From Mayamaea pseudoterrestris (taxonomy: Eukaryota): DNA of 64,000 nucleotides. Made by a program: the position numbers and the translations under genes. The notes beneath the pieces are model-generated. The model ran no database searches and was not told the DNA's origin. It worked only from the letters and a program-made list of their open reading frames with translations. The DNA lies in contig BROI01000028.1 in assembly GCA_027923505.1 (NCBI GenBank), forward strand, positions 248,001 to 312,000, given 5' to 3'. Positions 36,401-49,340 of the stretch are shown piece by piece; position 1 is the first letter of the stretch, and each line of letters starts with the position of its first letter.

Positions 36401-37730
36401 ACTTTGTGCATTTGCCTCCTGCATGTTGCCTGCTTCCAGATCCGCAGAAGTTGCTGGTATGTACTACCCAACTGCCGAACACCAACCTAGCAGTGGCAAA
36501 CATGAAGTGCCCACACACTCTATGCGTACAGCCACTGTGCATGATCCGAGGGCACAAGACATACCTCCTTGGTGAATTTGTTTTGCGCATCAGCCTCCTG
36601 CTTGCCTTTTGCCTTCAGGTCAGCAGCTTCAGTTAGCAGGTACTATGTGACTGCCTACCCTAGCAGTGGCAAACATCAGATCCCCACAATCTCTTTGTAA
36701 ACTGGCTTGGGGCATGATCCAAGGTCACAAATGGATATTGTATAGTGCATTCACTTTGTGCATTTGCCTCCTGCATGTTGCCTGCTTCCAGATCCGCAGA
36801 AGTTGCTAGTATGTACCACCCAACTGCCGAACACCAACCTAGCAGTGGCAAACATGAAGTGCCCACACACTCTATGCGTACAGCCACTGTGCATGATCCG
36901 AGGGCACAAGACATACCTCCTTGGTGAATTTGTTTTGCGCATCAGCCTCCTGCTTGCCTTTTGCCTTCAGGTCAGCAGCTTCAGTTAGCAGGTACTATGT
37001 GACTGCCTACCCTAGCAGTGGCAAACATCAGATCCCCACAATCTCTTTGTAAACTGGCTTGGGGCATGATCCAAGGTCACATATGGATATTGTATAGTGC
37101 ATTCACTTTGTGCATTTGCCTCCTGCATGTTGCCTGCTTCCAGATCAGCAGAAGTCTGGTGTCTACCCAACTGCCGAACCTAGCAGTGGCAAACATGAAG
37201 TGCCCACACACTCTATGTGTACAGCCACTGTGCATGATCCGAGGGCACAAGACATGCCTCCTTGGTGAATTTGTTTTGCGCATCAGCCTCCTGCTTGCCT
37301 TTTGCCTTCAGGTCAGCAGCTTCAGTTAGCAGGTACTATGTGACTGCCTACCCTAGCAGTGGCAAACATCAGATCCCCACAATCTCTTTGTAAACTGGCT
37401 TGGGGCATGATCCAAGGTCACAAATGGATATTGTATAGTGCATTCACTTTGTGCAGTTGCCTCCTTCATGTTGCCTGCTTCCAGATCCGCCGAAGTTGCT
37501 GGTATGTACTACCCAACTGCCGAACACCAACCTAGCAGTGGCAAACATGAAGTGCCCACACACTCTATGTGTACAGCCACTGTGCATGATCCGAGGGCAC
37601 AAGACATACCTCCTTGGTGAATTTGTTATGCGCGTCAGCCTCCTGCTTGCCTTTTGCCTTCAGGTCAGCAGCTTCAGTTAGCAGGTACTATGTGACTGCC
37701 TACCCTAGAACGGTGGCAAAACATCAGATC
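27456..37730 (+). repeat. 352-bp satellite, ~29 tandem units, mostly identical; each unit is a diverged 179+173-bp dimer
   Basis: Identical small ORFs recur every 352 bp (27575, 27927, 28279 ... 37438). cctagcagtggcaaacat occurs twice per unit (27489, 27668, 27841). Confidence 0.98.
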
Positions 37731-40700
37731 CGCTACAAGATGGTAAACTGGCTGGTGTCTCAGGGGATGGCAATGTATTGTGGTGACATCACTTGTCACC
37801 AATTCCCTCAGCCCACAGATGCCATGACATTCAAACAGCGATACAGCAAGCCCTGTAGGTGCCCAGATTACATCAGAATGGTGCCACCACCATTTTCTAG
37901 GCTGGGCTATAAGATGGTAGGCTTGGCTGGTGTCTCCGGGGATGGCAATGTATTTGGTGACAACTTGTCACCAGTCTCAGCCCGCAGATGCCATGACATT
38001 CAAACGGCCCTACAGCAAGCCCTGTGGGTGCCCAGATTACATAAGAATGGTGCCAACATCATTAATCAGGCTGCGCTACAAGATGGTAGGCTTGGCTGGT
38101 GTCTCCGGGGATGGCAATGCCCGCAGATGCCCTGACATTCAAACGCCCCGACAGCATGCCCTGTTGGTGCCCAAATTACACCAGAATGGTGCCAACTCCA
38201 TTTTCTAGGCTGTGTTACAAGATGGTAGGCTTGGATGGTGTCTCAGGAGATGGCAATGTATTTGGTGACAACTTGTCACCAATCTCAGCCCGCAGATGCC
38301 ATGACATTCAAACGGCCCTACAGCAAGCCCTGTAGGTGCCCAGATTACATCAGAATGGTGCCAACACCATTTTCTAGGCTGGGCTACAAGATGGTAGGCT
38401 TGGCTGGTGTCTCAGGGGATGGCAATGTATTTGGTGACAACTTGTCACCAATCTCAGCCCGCAGATGCCATGACATTCAAACGGCCCTACAGCAAGCCCT
38501 GTAGGTGCCCAAATTACACCAGAATGGTGCCACCATTATTATTCAGGCAGCGCTACAAGATGATAAGCTTGACTAGTGTCTCAGGGGATGGCAAGGTATT
38601 TGGTGACAACTTGTCACCAATCTCAGCCCGCAGATGCCATGACATTCAAACAGCCCTACATCAGGCCCTGTAGGTGCCCAAATTACACCAGAATGGTGCC
38701 AACATCATTATTCCAGCTGCGCTACAAGATGGTAGGCTCAGCTGGTGTCCTAGGGGATGGCAATGTATTTGGTGACAACTTGTCACCAATCTCAGCCCAC
38801 AGATGCTGTGACATTCAAACAGCCCTACATCAGGCCCTGTAGGTGCCCAAATTACACCAGAATGGTGCCAACATCATTTTCTAGGCTGCACTACAAGATG
38901 GTAGGCTTGGCTGGTGTCTCGGGGGATGGCAATGTATTTGGTGACAACTTGTCACCAATCTCCGCCCGCAGATGCAATGACATTCAAACGCATCTACAGC
39001 AAGCCCTGTAGGTGCCCAAATTACACCAGAATGGTGCCAACACCATTTTCTAGGCTGCGCTACAAGATTTTAGGCTCGTCTGGTGTCTCAGGGGATGGCA
39101 ATGTATTTGGTGACAACTTGTCACCAATCTCAGCCCGCAGAGGCCGTGACATTAAAACAGCCTACATCAGGCCCTGTAGGTGCCTAAATTACACCAGAAT
39201 GGTGCCAACATCATTATTCCGGCTGCGCTACAAGATGGTAGGCTTGGCTGGTGTCTCAGGGGATGGCAATGTATTTGGTGACAACTTGTCACCAATCTCA
39301 GCCCGCAGATGCCATGACATTCAAACGCCCCTACAGCAAGCCCGGTAGGTGCCCAAATTACACCAGAATGGTGCCAACACCATTTTCTAGGCTGCGCTAC
39401 AAGATGGTAGGCTTGGCTGGTGTCTCAGGGGATGGCAATGTATTTGGTGACAACTTGTCACCAATCTCAGCCCGCAGATGCCATGACATTCAAAACGCCC
39501 CTTCAGCAAGCCCTGTAGGTGCCCAAATTACACCAGAATGGTGCCAACACCATTTTCTAGGCTGCGCTACAAGATGGTAGGCTCAGCTGGTGTCCGAGTG
39601 GATGGCAATGTATTTGGTGACAACTTGTCACCAATCTCAGCCCGCAGATGCCATGACATTCAAACGCCCCTACAGCAAGCCCTGTAGGTGCCCAAATTAC
39701 ACCAGAATGGTGCCAACACCATTTTCTAGGCTGCGCTACAAGATGGTAGGCTCAGCTGGTGTCTCAGGGGATGGCAATGTATTTGGTGACAACTTGTCAC
39801 CAGTCTCAGCCCGCAGATGCCATGACATTCAAACGCCCCTACAGCAAGCCCTGTAGGTGCCCAAATTACACCAGAATGGTGCCAACACCATTTTCTAGGC
39901 TGCGCTACAAGATGGTAGGCTCGGCTGGTGTCTCAGGGGATGGCAATGTATTTGGTGACAACTTGTCACCAGTCTCAGCCGCAGATGCCGTGACATTCAA
40001 ACGCCCCTACAGCAAGCCCTGTAGGTGCCCAAATTACACCAGAATGGTGCCAACATCATTTTCTAGGCTGCGCTACAAGATGGTAGGCTTGGCTGGTGTC
40101 TCAGGGGATGGCAATGTATTTGGTGACAACTTGTCACCAGTCTCAGCCCGCAGATGTCATGACATTCAAAAGCCCCTACAGCAAGCCCTGTAGGTATCCA
40201 AACTACACCAGAATGGTGCCAACGCCATTTTCTTGGCTGCGCTACAAGTGTTAGGCTTGGCTGGTGTCTCAGGGGATGGCAATGTATTTGGTGACAACTT
40301 GTCACCAATCTCAGCCCGCAGATGCCGTGACATTCAAACGCCCCTACAGCAAGCCCTGTAGGTGCCCAAATTACACCAGAATGGTGCCAACATCATTTTC
40401 AAGGCTGCGCTACAAGATGGTAGGCTTGGCTGGTGTCTCAGGGGATGGCAAGGTATTTGGTGACAACTTGTCACCAATCTCAGCCCGCAGATGCCATGAC
40501 ATTCAAACGCCCCTACAGCAAGCCCTGTAGGTGCCCAAATTACACCAGAATGGTGCCAACACCATTTTCTAGGCTGCGCTACAAGATGGTAGGCTTGGCT
40601 GGTGTCTCAGGGGATGGCAATGTATTTGGTGACAACCTGTTTTCAATCTCAGCCCGCACATGCCATGACATTCAAACGGCCCTACAGCAAGCCCTGTAGG

Positions 40701-43700
40701 TGCCCAAATTACACCAGAATGGTGCCAACACCATTTTCTAGGCTGCGCTACAAGATGGTAGGCTCGGCTGGTGTCTCAGGGGATGGCAATGTATTTGGTG
40801 ACAACTTGTCACCAATCTCAGCCCGCAGATGCCATGACATTCAAACGCCCCTACAGCAAGCCCTGTAGGTGCCCAAATTACACCAGAATGGTGCCACCAC
40901 CATTTTCTAGGCTGCGCTACAAGATGGTAGGCTTGGCTGGTGTCTCAGGGGATGGCAATGTATTTGGTGACAACTTGTCACCAATCTCAGCCCGCAGATG
41001 CCATGACATTCAAATGCCCTAACAGCAAGCCCTGTAGGTGCCCAAATTACACCAGAATGGTGCCAACACCATTTTCTAGGCTGCGCTACAAGATGGTAGG
41101 CTCGGCTGGTGTCTCAGGGGATGGCAATGTATTTGGTGACAACTTGTCACCAATCTCAGCCCGCAGATGCCATGACATTCAAACGCCCCTACAGCAAGCC
41201 CTGTAGGTGCCCAAATTACACCAGAATGGTGCCAACATCATTTTCTGGCTGCGCTACAAGATGGTAGGCTTGGCTGGTGTCTCAGGGGATGGCAATGTAT
41301 TTGGTGACAACTTGTCACCAGTCTCAGCCCGCAGATGCCATGACATTCAAACGCCCCTACAGCAAGCCCTGTAGGTGCCCAAATTACACCAGAATGGTGC
41401 CAACACCATTTTCTAGGCTGCGCTACAAGATGGTAGGCTTGGCTGGTGTCTCAGGGGATGGCAATGTATTTGGTGACAACTTGTCACCAGTCTCAGCCCT
41501 GCTGCCTTACACTTTGCAAACGCCCCTACAGCAAGCCCTGTTGTGGGCCCAAATCAGCAGAGACGTTCTTGCCAACACCATTTTCTGGCTGCGCTACAAG
41601 TATGGTACGCTCGGCTGGTGTCTCAGGGATGGTGCGAAGTATTTGCGTGACAACTTGTCACCAATCTCAGCCCGCAGATGCCATGACAATCAAACGCACC
41701 TACAGCAAGCTCCGTAGCTGCCCAAATTACACCAGAATGGTGCCAACATCATTAATCAGGCTGTGCTACAAGATGGTAGGCTTGGCTGGTGTCTCAGGGG
41801 ATGGCAATGTATTTGGTGACAACTTGTCACCAATCTCCGCCCGCAGATGCCATGACATTCAAACGCATCTACAGCAAGCCCTGTAGGTGCCCAAATTACA
41901 CCAGAATGGTGCCAACACCATTTTCTAGGCTGCGCTACAAGATGGTAGGCTTGGCTGGTGTCTCAGGGGATGGCAATGTATTTGGTGACAACTTGTCACC
42001 AATCTCCGCCCGCAGATGCCATGACGTTCAAACGCACCTACAGCAAGCCCAGTAGGTGCCCAAATTACAACAGAATGGTGCCAAAACAATTTCTAGGCTG
42101 GGCTACAAGATGGTAGGCTTGGCTGGTGTCTCAGGGGATGGCAATGGTATTTGGTGACAACTTGTCACCAATCTCAGCCTGCAGATGCCATGACATGCAA
42201 ACGCCTCTACAGCAAGCTCTGTAGGTGCCCAAATTACACCAGAATGGTGCCAACACCATTTTCTCGGCTGCGCTACAAGATGGTAGGCTCGGCTGGTGTC
42301 TCAGGGGATGGCAATGTATTTGGTGACAACTTGTCACCAATCTCAGCCCGCACATGCCATGACATTCAAAACGCCCCTACAGCAAGCCCTGTAGGTGCCC
42401 AAATTACACCAGAATGGTGCCAACACCATTTTCTAGGCTGCGCTACAAGATGGTAGGCTCGGCTGGTGTCTCAGGGGATGGCAATGTATTTGGTGACAAC
42501 TTGTCACCAATCTCAGCCCGCAGATGCCGGGACATTCAAAAAACACCTACAGCAAGCCCTGTAGGTGCCCAAATTACACCAGAATGGTGCCAACACCATT
42601 TTCTAGGCTGCGCTACAAGATGGTAGGCTCAGCTGGTGTCTCAGGGGATGGCAATGTATTTGGTGACAACTTGTCACCAGTCTCAGCCCGCAGATGCCAT
42701 GACATTCAAAACGCCCCCACAGCAAGCCCTGTAGGTGCCCAAATTACACCAGAATGGTGCCAACATCATTATTCAGGCTGCGCTACAAGATGGTAGGCTC
42801 GGCTGGTGTCTCAGGGGATGGCAATGTATTTGGTGACAACTTGTCACCAATCTCAGCCCGCAGATGCCATGACATTCAAAACGCCCCTTCAGCAAGCCCT
42901 GTAGGTGCCCAAATTACACCAGAATGGTGCCAACACAATTTTCTAGGCTGCGCTACAAGATGGTAGGCTCAGCTGGTGTATCAGGGGATGGCAATGTATT
43001 TGGTGACAACTTGTCACCAATCTCAGCCTGCAGATGCCATGACATTCAAACGCCTCTACAGCAAGCCCTGTAGGTGCCTGAATTACACCAGAATGGTGCC
43101 AACATCATTTTTTAGGCTGCGCTACAAAATGGTATGCCTGGCTAGTGTCTCAGGGGATGGCTATGCGATTGGTGACAACTTGTCAACAGTCTCAGCCAGC
43201 TGATGCCTTGACATTGAAACGCCCCTACAGCAAGCCATGTATACACCCAAAAAACACCAGAATCTTGCCAACATCATTATATGGGCTGCGCTACAAGATG
43301 GTAAGCTTGGCTGGTGTCTCAGGGGATGGCAATGCAATTGGTGACAAGTTGTCAACAGTCTCAGCCAGCTGATGCCTTGACATTGAAACACACCTACAGC
43401 AAGCCATGTATACACCCAAATTACACCAGAACTGTTCCAACATCATCATTTGGGCTGCGTTACAAGATGTTATGCCTGGCTGGTGTCTCAGGGGATGGAA
43501 ATGCGATTGTTGACAACTTGTCACCAGTCTCAGCCCACAGATGCCATGACATTCAAACACACCTACAGCAAGTTCTGTAGGAGCCCATGTCCAAATTACA
43601 CCAGAATGGTGCCAATGTCATTTTTCAGGCCGCGCTACAAGATGGTAAGCTTGGCTGGTGTATCAGGGGATGGCAATGTAATTGGTGACAAATTGTCACC

Positions 43701-46700
43701 AGTCTCAGTCTGCAGATTTGCCTTGACATGCCCGCAGATGCCCTGACATTCAAACGCCCCGACAGCATGCCCTGTTGGTGCCCAAATTACACCAGAATGG
43801 TGCCAACTCCATTTTCTAGGCTGTGTTACAAGATGGTAGGCTTGGATGGTGTCTCAGGAGATGGCAATGTATTTGGTGACAACTTGTCACCAATCTCAGC
43901 CCGCAGATGCCATGACATTCAAACGGCCCTACAGCAAGCCCTGTAGGTGCCCAGATTACATCAGAATGGTGCCAACACCATTTTCTAGGCTGGGCTACAA
44001 GATGGTAGGCTTGGCTGGTGTCTCAGGGGATGGCAATGTATTTGGTGACAACTTGTCACCAATCTCAGCCCGCAGATGCCATGACATTCAAACGGCCCTA
44101 CAGCAAGCCCTGTAGGTGCCCAAATTACACCAGAATGGTGCCACCATTATTATTCAGGCAGCGCTACAAGATGATAAGCTTGACTAGTGTCTCAGGGGAT
44201 GGCAAGGTATTTGGTGACAACTTGTCACCAATCTCAGCCCGCAGATGCCATGACATTCAAACAGCCCTACATCAGGCCCTGTAGGTGCCCAAATTACACC
44301 AGAATGGTGCCAACATCATTATTCCAGCTGCGCTACAAGATGGTAGGCTCAGCTGGTGTCCTAGGGGATGGCAATGTATTTGGTGACAACTTGTCACCAA
44401 TCTCAGCCCACAGATGCTGTGACATTCAAACAGCCCTACATCAGGCCCTGTAGGTGCCCAAATTACACCAGAATGGTGCCAACATCATTTTCTAGGCTGC
44501 ACTACAAGATGGTAGGCTTGGCTGGTGTCTCGGGGGATGGCAATGTATTTGGTGACAACTTGTCACCAATCTCCGCCCGCAGATGCAATGACATTCAAAC
44601 GCATCTACAGCAAGCCCTGTAGGTGCCCAAATTACACCAGAATGGTGCCAACACCATTTTCTAGGCTGCGCTACAAGATTTTAGGCTCGTCTGGTGTCTC
44701 AGGGGATGGCAATGTATTTGGTGACAACTTGTCACCAATCTCAGCCCGCAGAGGCCGTGACATTAAAACAGCCTACATCAGGCCCTGTAGGTGCCTAAAT
44801 TACACCAGAATGGTGCCAACATCATTATTCCGGCTGCGCTACAAGATGGTAGGCTTGGCTGGTGTCTCAGGGGATGGCAATGTATTTGGTGACAACTTGT
44901 CACCAATCTCAGCCCGCAGATGCCATGACATTCAAACGCCCCTACAGCAAGCCCGGTAGGTGCCCAAATTACACCAGAATGGTGCCAACACCATTTTCTA
45001 GGCTGCGCTACAAGATGGTAGGCTTGGCTGGTGTCTCAGGGGATGGCAATGTATTTGGTGACAACTTGTCACCAATCTCAGCCCGCAGATGCCATGACAT
45101 TCAAAACGCCCCTTCAGCAAGCCCTGTAGGTGCCCAAATTACACCAGAATGGTGCCAACACCATTTTCTAGGCTGCGCTACAAGATGGTAGGCTCAGCTG
45201 GTGTCCGAGTGGATGGCAATGTATTTGGTGACAACTTGTCACCAATCTCAGCCCGCAGATGCCATGACATTCAAACGCCCCTACAGCAAGCCCTGTAGGT
45301 GCCCAAATTACACCAGAATGGTGCCAACACCATTTTCTAGGCTGCGCTACAAGATGGTAGGCTCAGCTGGTGTCTCAGGGGATGGCAATGTATTTGGTGA
45401 CAACTTGTCACCAGTCTCAGCCCGCAGATGCCATGACATTCAAACGCCCCTACAGCAAGCCCTGTAGGTGCCCAAATTACACCAGAATGGTGCCAACACC
45501 ATTTTCTAGGCTGCGCTACAAGATGGTAGGCTCGGCTGGTGTCTCAGGGGATGGCAATGTATTTGGTGACAACTTGTCACCAGTCTCAGCCGCAGATGCC
45601 GTGACATTCAAACGCCCCTACAGCAAGCCCTGTAGGTGCCCAAATTACACCAGAATGGTGCCAACATCATTTTCTAGGCTGCGCTACAAGATGGTAGGCT
45701 TGGCTGGTGTCTCAGGGGATGGCAATGTATTTGGTGACAACTTGTCACCAGTCTCAGCCCGCAGATGTCATGACATTCAAAAGCCCCTACAGCAAGCCCT
45801 GTAGGTATCCAAACTACACCAGAATGGTGCCAACGCCATTTTCTTGGCTGCGCTACAAGTGTTAGGCTTGGCTGGTGTCTCAGGGGATGGCAATGTATTT
45901 GGTGACAACTTGTCACCAATCTCAGCCCGCAGATGCCGTGACATTCAAACGCCCCTACAGCAAGCCCTGTAGGTGCCCAAATTACACCAGAATGGTGCCA
46001 ACATCATTTTCAAGGCTGCGCTACAAGATGGTAGGCTTGGCTGGTGTCTCAGGGGATGGCAAGGTATTTGGTGACAACTTGTCACCAATCTCAGCCCGCA
46101 GATGCCATGACATTCAAACGCCCCTACAGCAAGCCCTGTAGGTGCCCAAATTACACCAGAATGGTGCCAACACCATTTTCTAGGCTGCGCTACAAGATGG
46201 TAGGCTTGGCTGGTGTCTCAGGGGATGGCAATGTATTTGGTGACAACCTGTTTTCAATCTCAGCCCGCACATGCCATGACATTCAAACGGCCCTACAGCA
46301 AGCCCTGTAGGTGCCCAAATTACACCAGAATGGTGCCAACACCATTTTCTAGGCTGCGCTACAAGATGGTAGGCTCGGCTGGTGTCTCAGGGGATGGCAA
46401 TGTATTTGGTGACAACTTGTCACCAATCTCAGCCCGCAGATGCCATGACATTCAAACGCCCCTACAGCAAGCCCTGTAGGTGCCCAAATTACACCAGAAT
46501 GGTGCCACCACCATTTTCTAGGCTGCGCTACAAGATGGTAGGCTTGGCTGGTGTCTCAGGGGATGGCAATGTATTTGGTGACAACTTGTCACCAATCTCA
46601 GCCCGCAGATGCCATGACATTCAAATGCCCTAACAGCAAGCCCTGTAGGTGCCCAAATTACACCAGAATGGTGCCAACACCATTTTCTAGGCTGCGCTAC

Positions 46701-49340
46701 AAGATGGTAGGCTCGGCTGGTGTCTCAGGGGATGGCAATGTATTTGGTGACAACTTGTCACCAATCTCAGCCCGCAGATGCCATGACATTCAAACGCCCC
46801 TACAGCAAGCCCTGTAGGTGCCCAAATTACACCAGAATGGTGCCAACATCATTTTCTGGCTGCGCTACAAGATGGTAGGCTTGGCTGGTGTCTCAGGGGA
46901 TGGCAATGTATTTGGTGACAACTTGTCACCAGTCTCAGCCCGCAGATGCCATGACATTCAAACGCCCCTACAGCAAGCCCTGTAGGTGCCCAAATTACAC
47001 CAGAATGGTGCCAACACCATTTTCTAGGCTGCGCTACAAGATGGTAGGCTTGGCTGGTGTCTCAGGGGATGGCAATGTATTTGGTGACAACTTGTCACCA
47101 GTCTCAGCCCTGCTGCCTTACACTTTGCAAACGCCCCTACAGCAAGCCCTGTTGTGGGCCCAAATCAGCAGAGACGTTCTTGCCAACACCATTTTCTGGC
47201 TGCGCTACAAGTATGGTACGCTCGGCTGGTGTCTCAGGGATGGTGCGAAGTATTTGCGTGACAACTTGTCACCAATCTCAGCCCGCAGATGCCATGACAA
47301 TCAAACGCACCTACAGCAAGCTCCGTAGCTGCCCAAATTACACCAGAATGGTGCCAACATCATTAATCAGGCTGTGCTACAAGATGGTAGGCTTGGCTGG
47401 TGTCTCAGGGGATGGCAATGTATTTGGTGACAACTTGTCACCAATCTCCGCCCGCAGATGCCATGACATTCAAACGCATCTACAGCAAGCCCTGTAGGTG
47501 CCCAAATTACACCAGAATGGTGCCAACACCATTTTCTAGGCTGCGCTACAAGATGGTAGGCTTGGCTGGTGTCTCAGGGGATGGCAATGTATTTGGTGAC
47601 AACTTGTCACCAATCTCCGCCCGCAGATGCCATGACGTTCAAACGCACCTACAGCAAGCCCAGTAGGTGCCCAAATTACAACAGAATGGTGCCAAAACAA
47701 TTTCTAGGCTGGGCTACAAGATGGTAGGCTTGGCTGGTGTCTCAGGGGATGGCAATGGTATTTGGTGACAACTTGTCACCAATCTCAGCCTGCAGATGCC
47801 ATGACATGCAAACGCCTCTACAGCAAGCTCTGTAGGTGCCCAAATTACACCAGAATGGTGCCAACACCATTTTCTCGGCTGCGCTACAAGATGGTAGGCT
47901 CGGCTGGTGTCTCAGGGGATGGCAATGTATTTGGTGACAACTTGTCACCAATCTCAGCCCGCACATGCCATGACATTCAAAACGCCCCTACAGCAAGCCC
48001 TGTAGGTGCCCAAATTACACCAGAATGGTGCCAACACCATTTTCTAGGCTGCGCTACAAGATGGTAGGCTCGGCTGGTGTCTCAGGGGATGGCAATGTAT
48101 TTGGTGACAACTTGTCACCAATCTCAGCCCGCAGATGCCGGGACATTCAAAAAACACCTACAGCAAGCCCTGTAGGTGCCCAAATTACACCAGAATGGTG
48201 CCAACACCATTTTCTAGGCTGCGCTACAAGATGGTAGGCTCAGCTGGTGTCTCAGGGGATGGCAATGTATTTGGTGACAACTTGTCACCAGTCTCAGCCC
48301 GCAGATGCCATGACATTCAAAACGCCCCCACAGCAAGCCCTGTAGGTGCCCAAATTACACCAGAATGGTGCCAACATCATTATTCAGGCTGCGCTACAAG
48401 ATGGTAGGCTCGGCTGGTGTCTCAGGGGATGGCAATGTATTTGGTGACAACTTGTCACCAATCTCAGCCCGCAGATGCCATGACATTCAAAACGCCCCTT
48501 CAGCAAGCCCTGTAGGTGCCCAAATTACACCAGAATGGTGCCAACACAATTTTCTAGGCTGCGCTACAAGATGGTAGGCTCAGCTGGTGTATCAGGGGAT
48601 GGCAATGTATTTGGTGACAACTTGTCACCAATCTCAGCCTGCAGATGCCATGACATTCAAACGCCTCTACAGCAAGCCCTGTAGGTGCCTGAATTACACC
48701 AGAATGGTGCCAACATCATTTTTTAGGCTGCGCTACAAAATGGTATGCCTGGCTAGTGTCTCAGGGGATGGCTATGCGATTGGTGACAACTTGTCAACAG
48801 TCTCAGCCAGCTGATGCCTTGACATTGAAACGCCCCTACAGCAAGCCATGTATACACCCAAAAAACACCAGAATCTTGCCAACATCATTATATGGGCTGC
48901 GCTACAAGATGGTAAGCTTGGCTGGTGTCTCAGGGGATGGCAATGCAATTGGTGACAAGTTGTCAACAGTCTCAGCCAGCTGATGCCTTGACATTGAAAC
49001 ACACCTACAGCAAGCCATGTATACACCCAAATTACACCAGAACTGTTCCAACATCATCATTTGGGCTGCGTTACAAGATGTTATGCCTGGCTGGTGTCTC
49101 AGGGGATGGAAATGCGATTGTTGACAACTTGTCACCAGTCTCAGCCCACAGATGCCATGACATTCAAACACACCTACAGCAAGTTCTGTAGGAGCCCATG
49201 TCCAAATTACACCAGAATGGTGCCAATGTCATTTTTCAGGCCGCGCTACAAGATGGTAAGCTTGGCTGGTGTATCAGGGGATGGCAATGTAATTGGTGAC
49301 AAATTGTCACCAGTCTCAGTCTGCAGATTTGCCTTGACAT
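37731..49340 (+). repeat. 169-bp satellite, right block (~68 monomers as assembled, including a 5,611-bp exact tandem duplication)
   Basis: 169-bp period (e.g. gctgcgctacaag at 39561, 39730, 39899). The ORF track repeats with an exact 5,611 offset (38235/43846 ... 43450/49061). Confidence 0.97.

Noticed and set aside
37731..49340. CRISPR-like array (palindromic repeat at regular spacing)
   Set aside because: The sequence between palindromes is also repeated, so there are no unique spacers. There are no cas genes and the context is eukaryotic.
27456..49340. Hammerhead-ribozyme satellite, or a tandem 5S / spliced-leader / snRNA gene array
   Set aside because: I found no CUGANGA + GAAA core flanking the stems and no recognisable 5S, tRNA or U-snRNA sequence. 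A weak Sm-like 'aatttgttttg' alone is insufficient. An Rfam scan would settle it.
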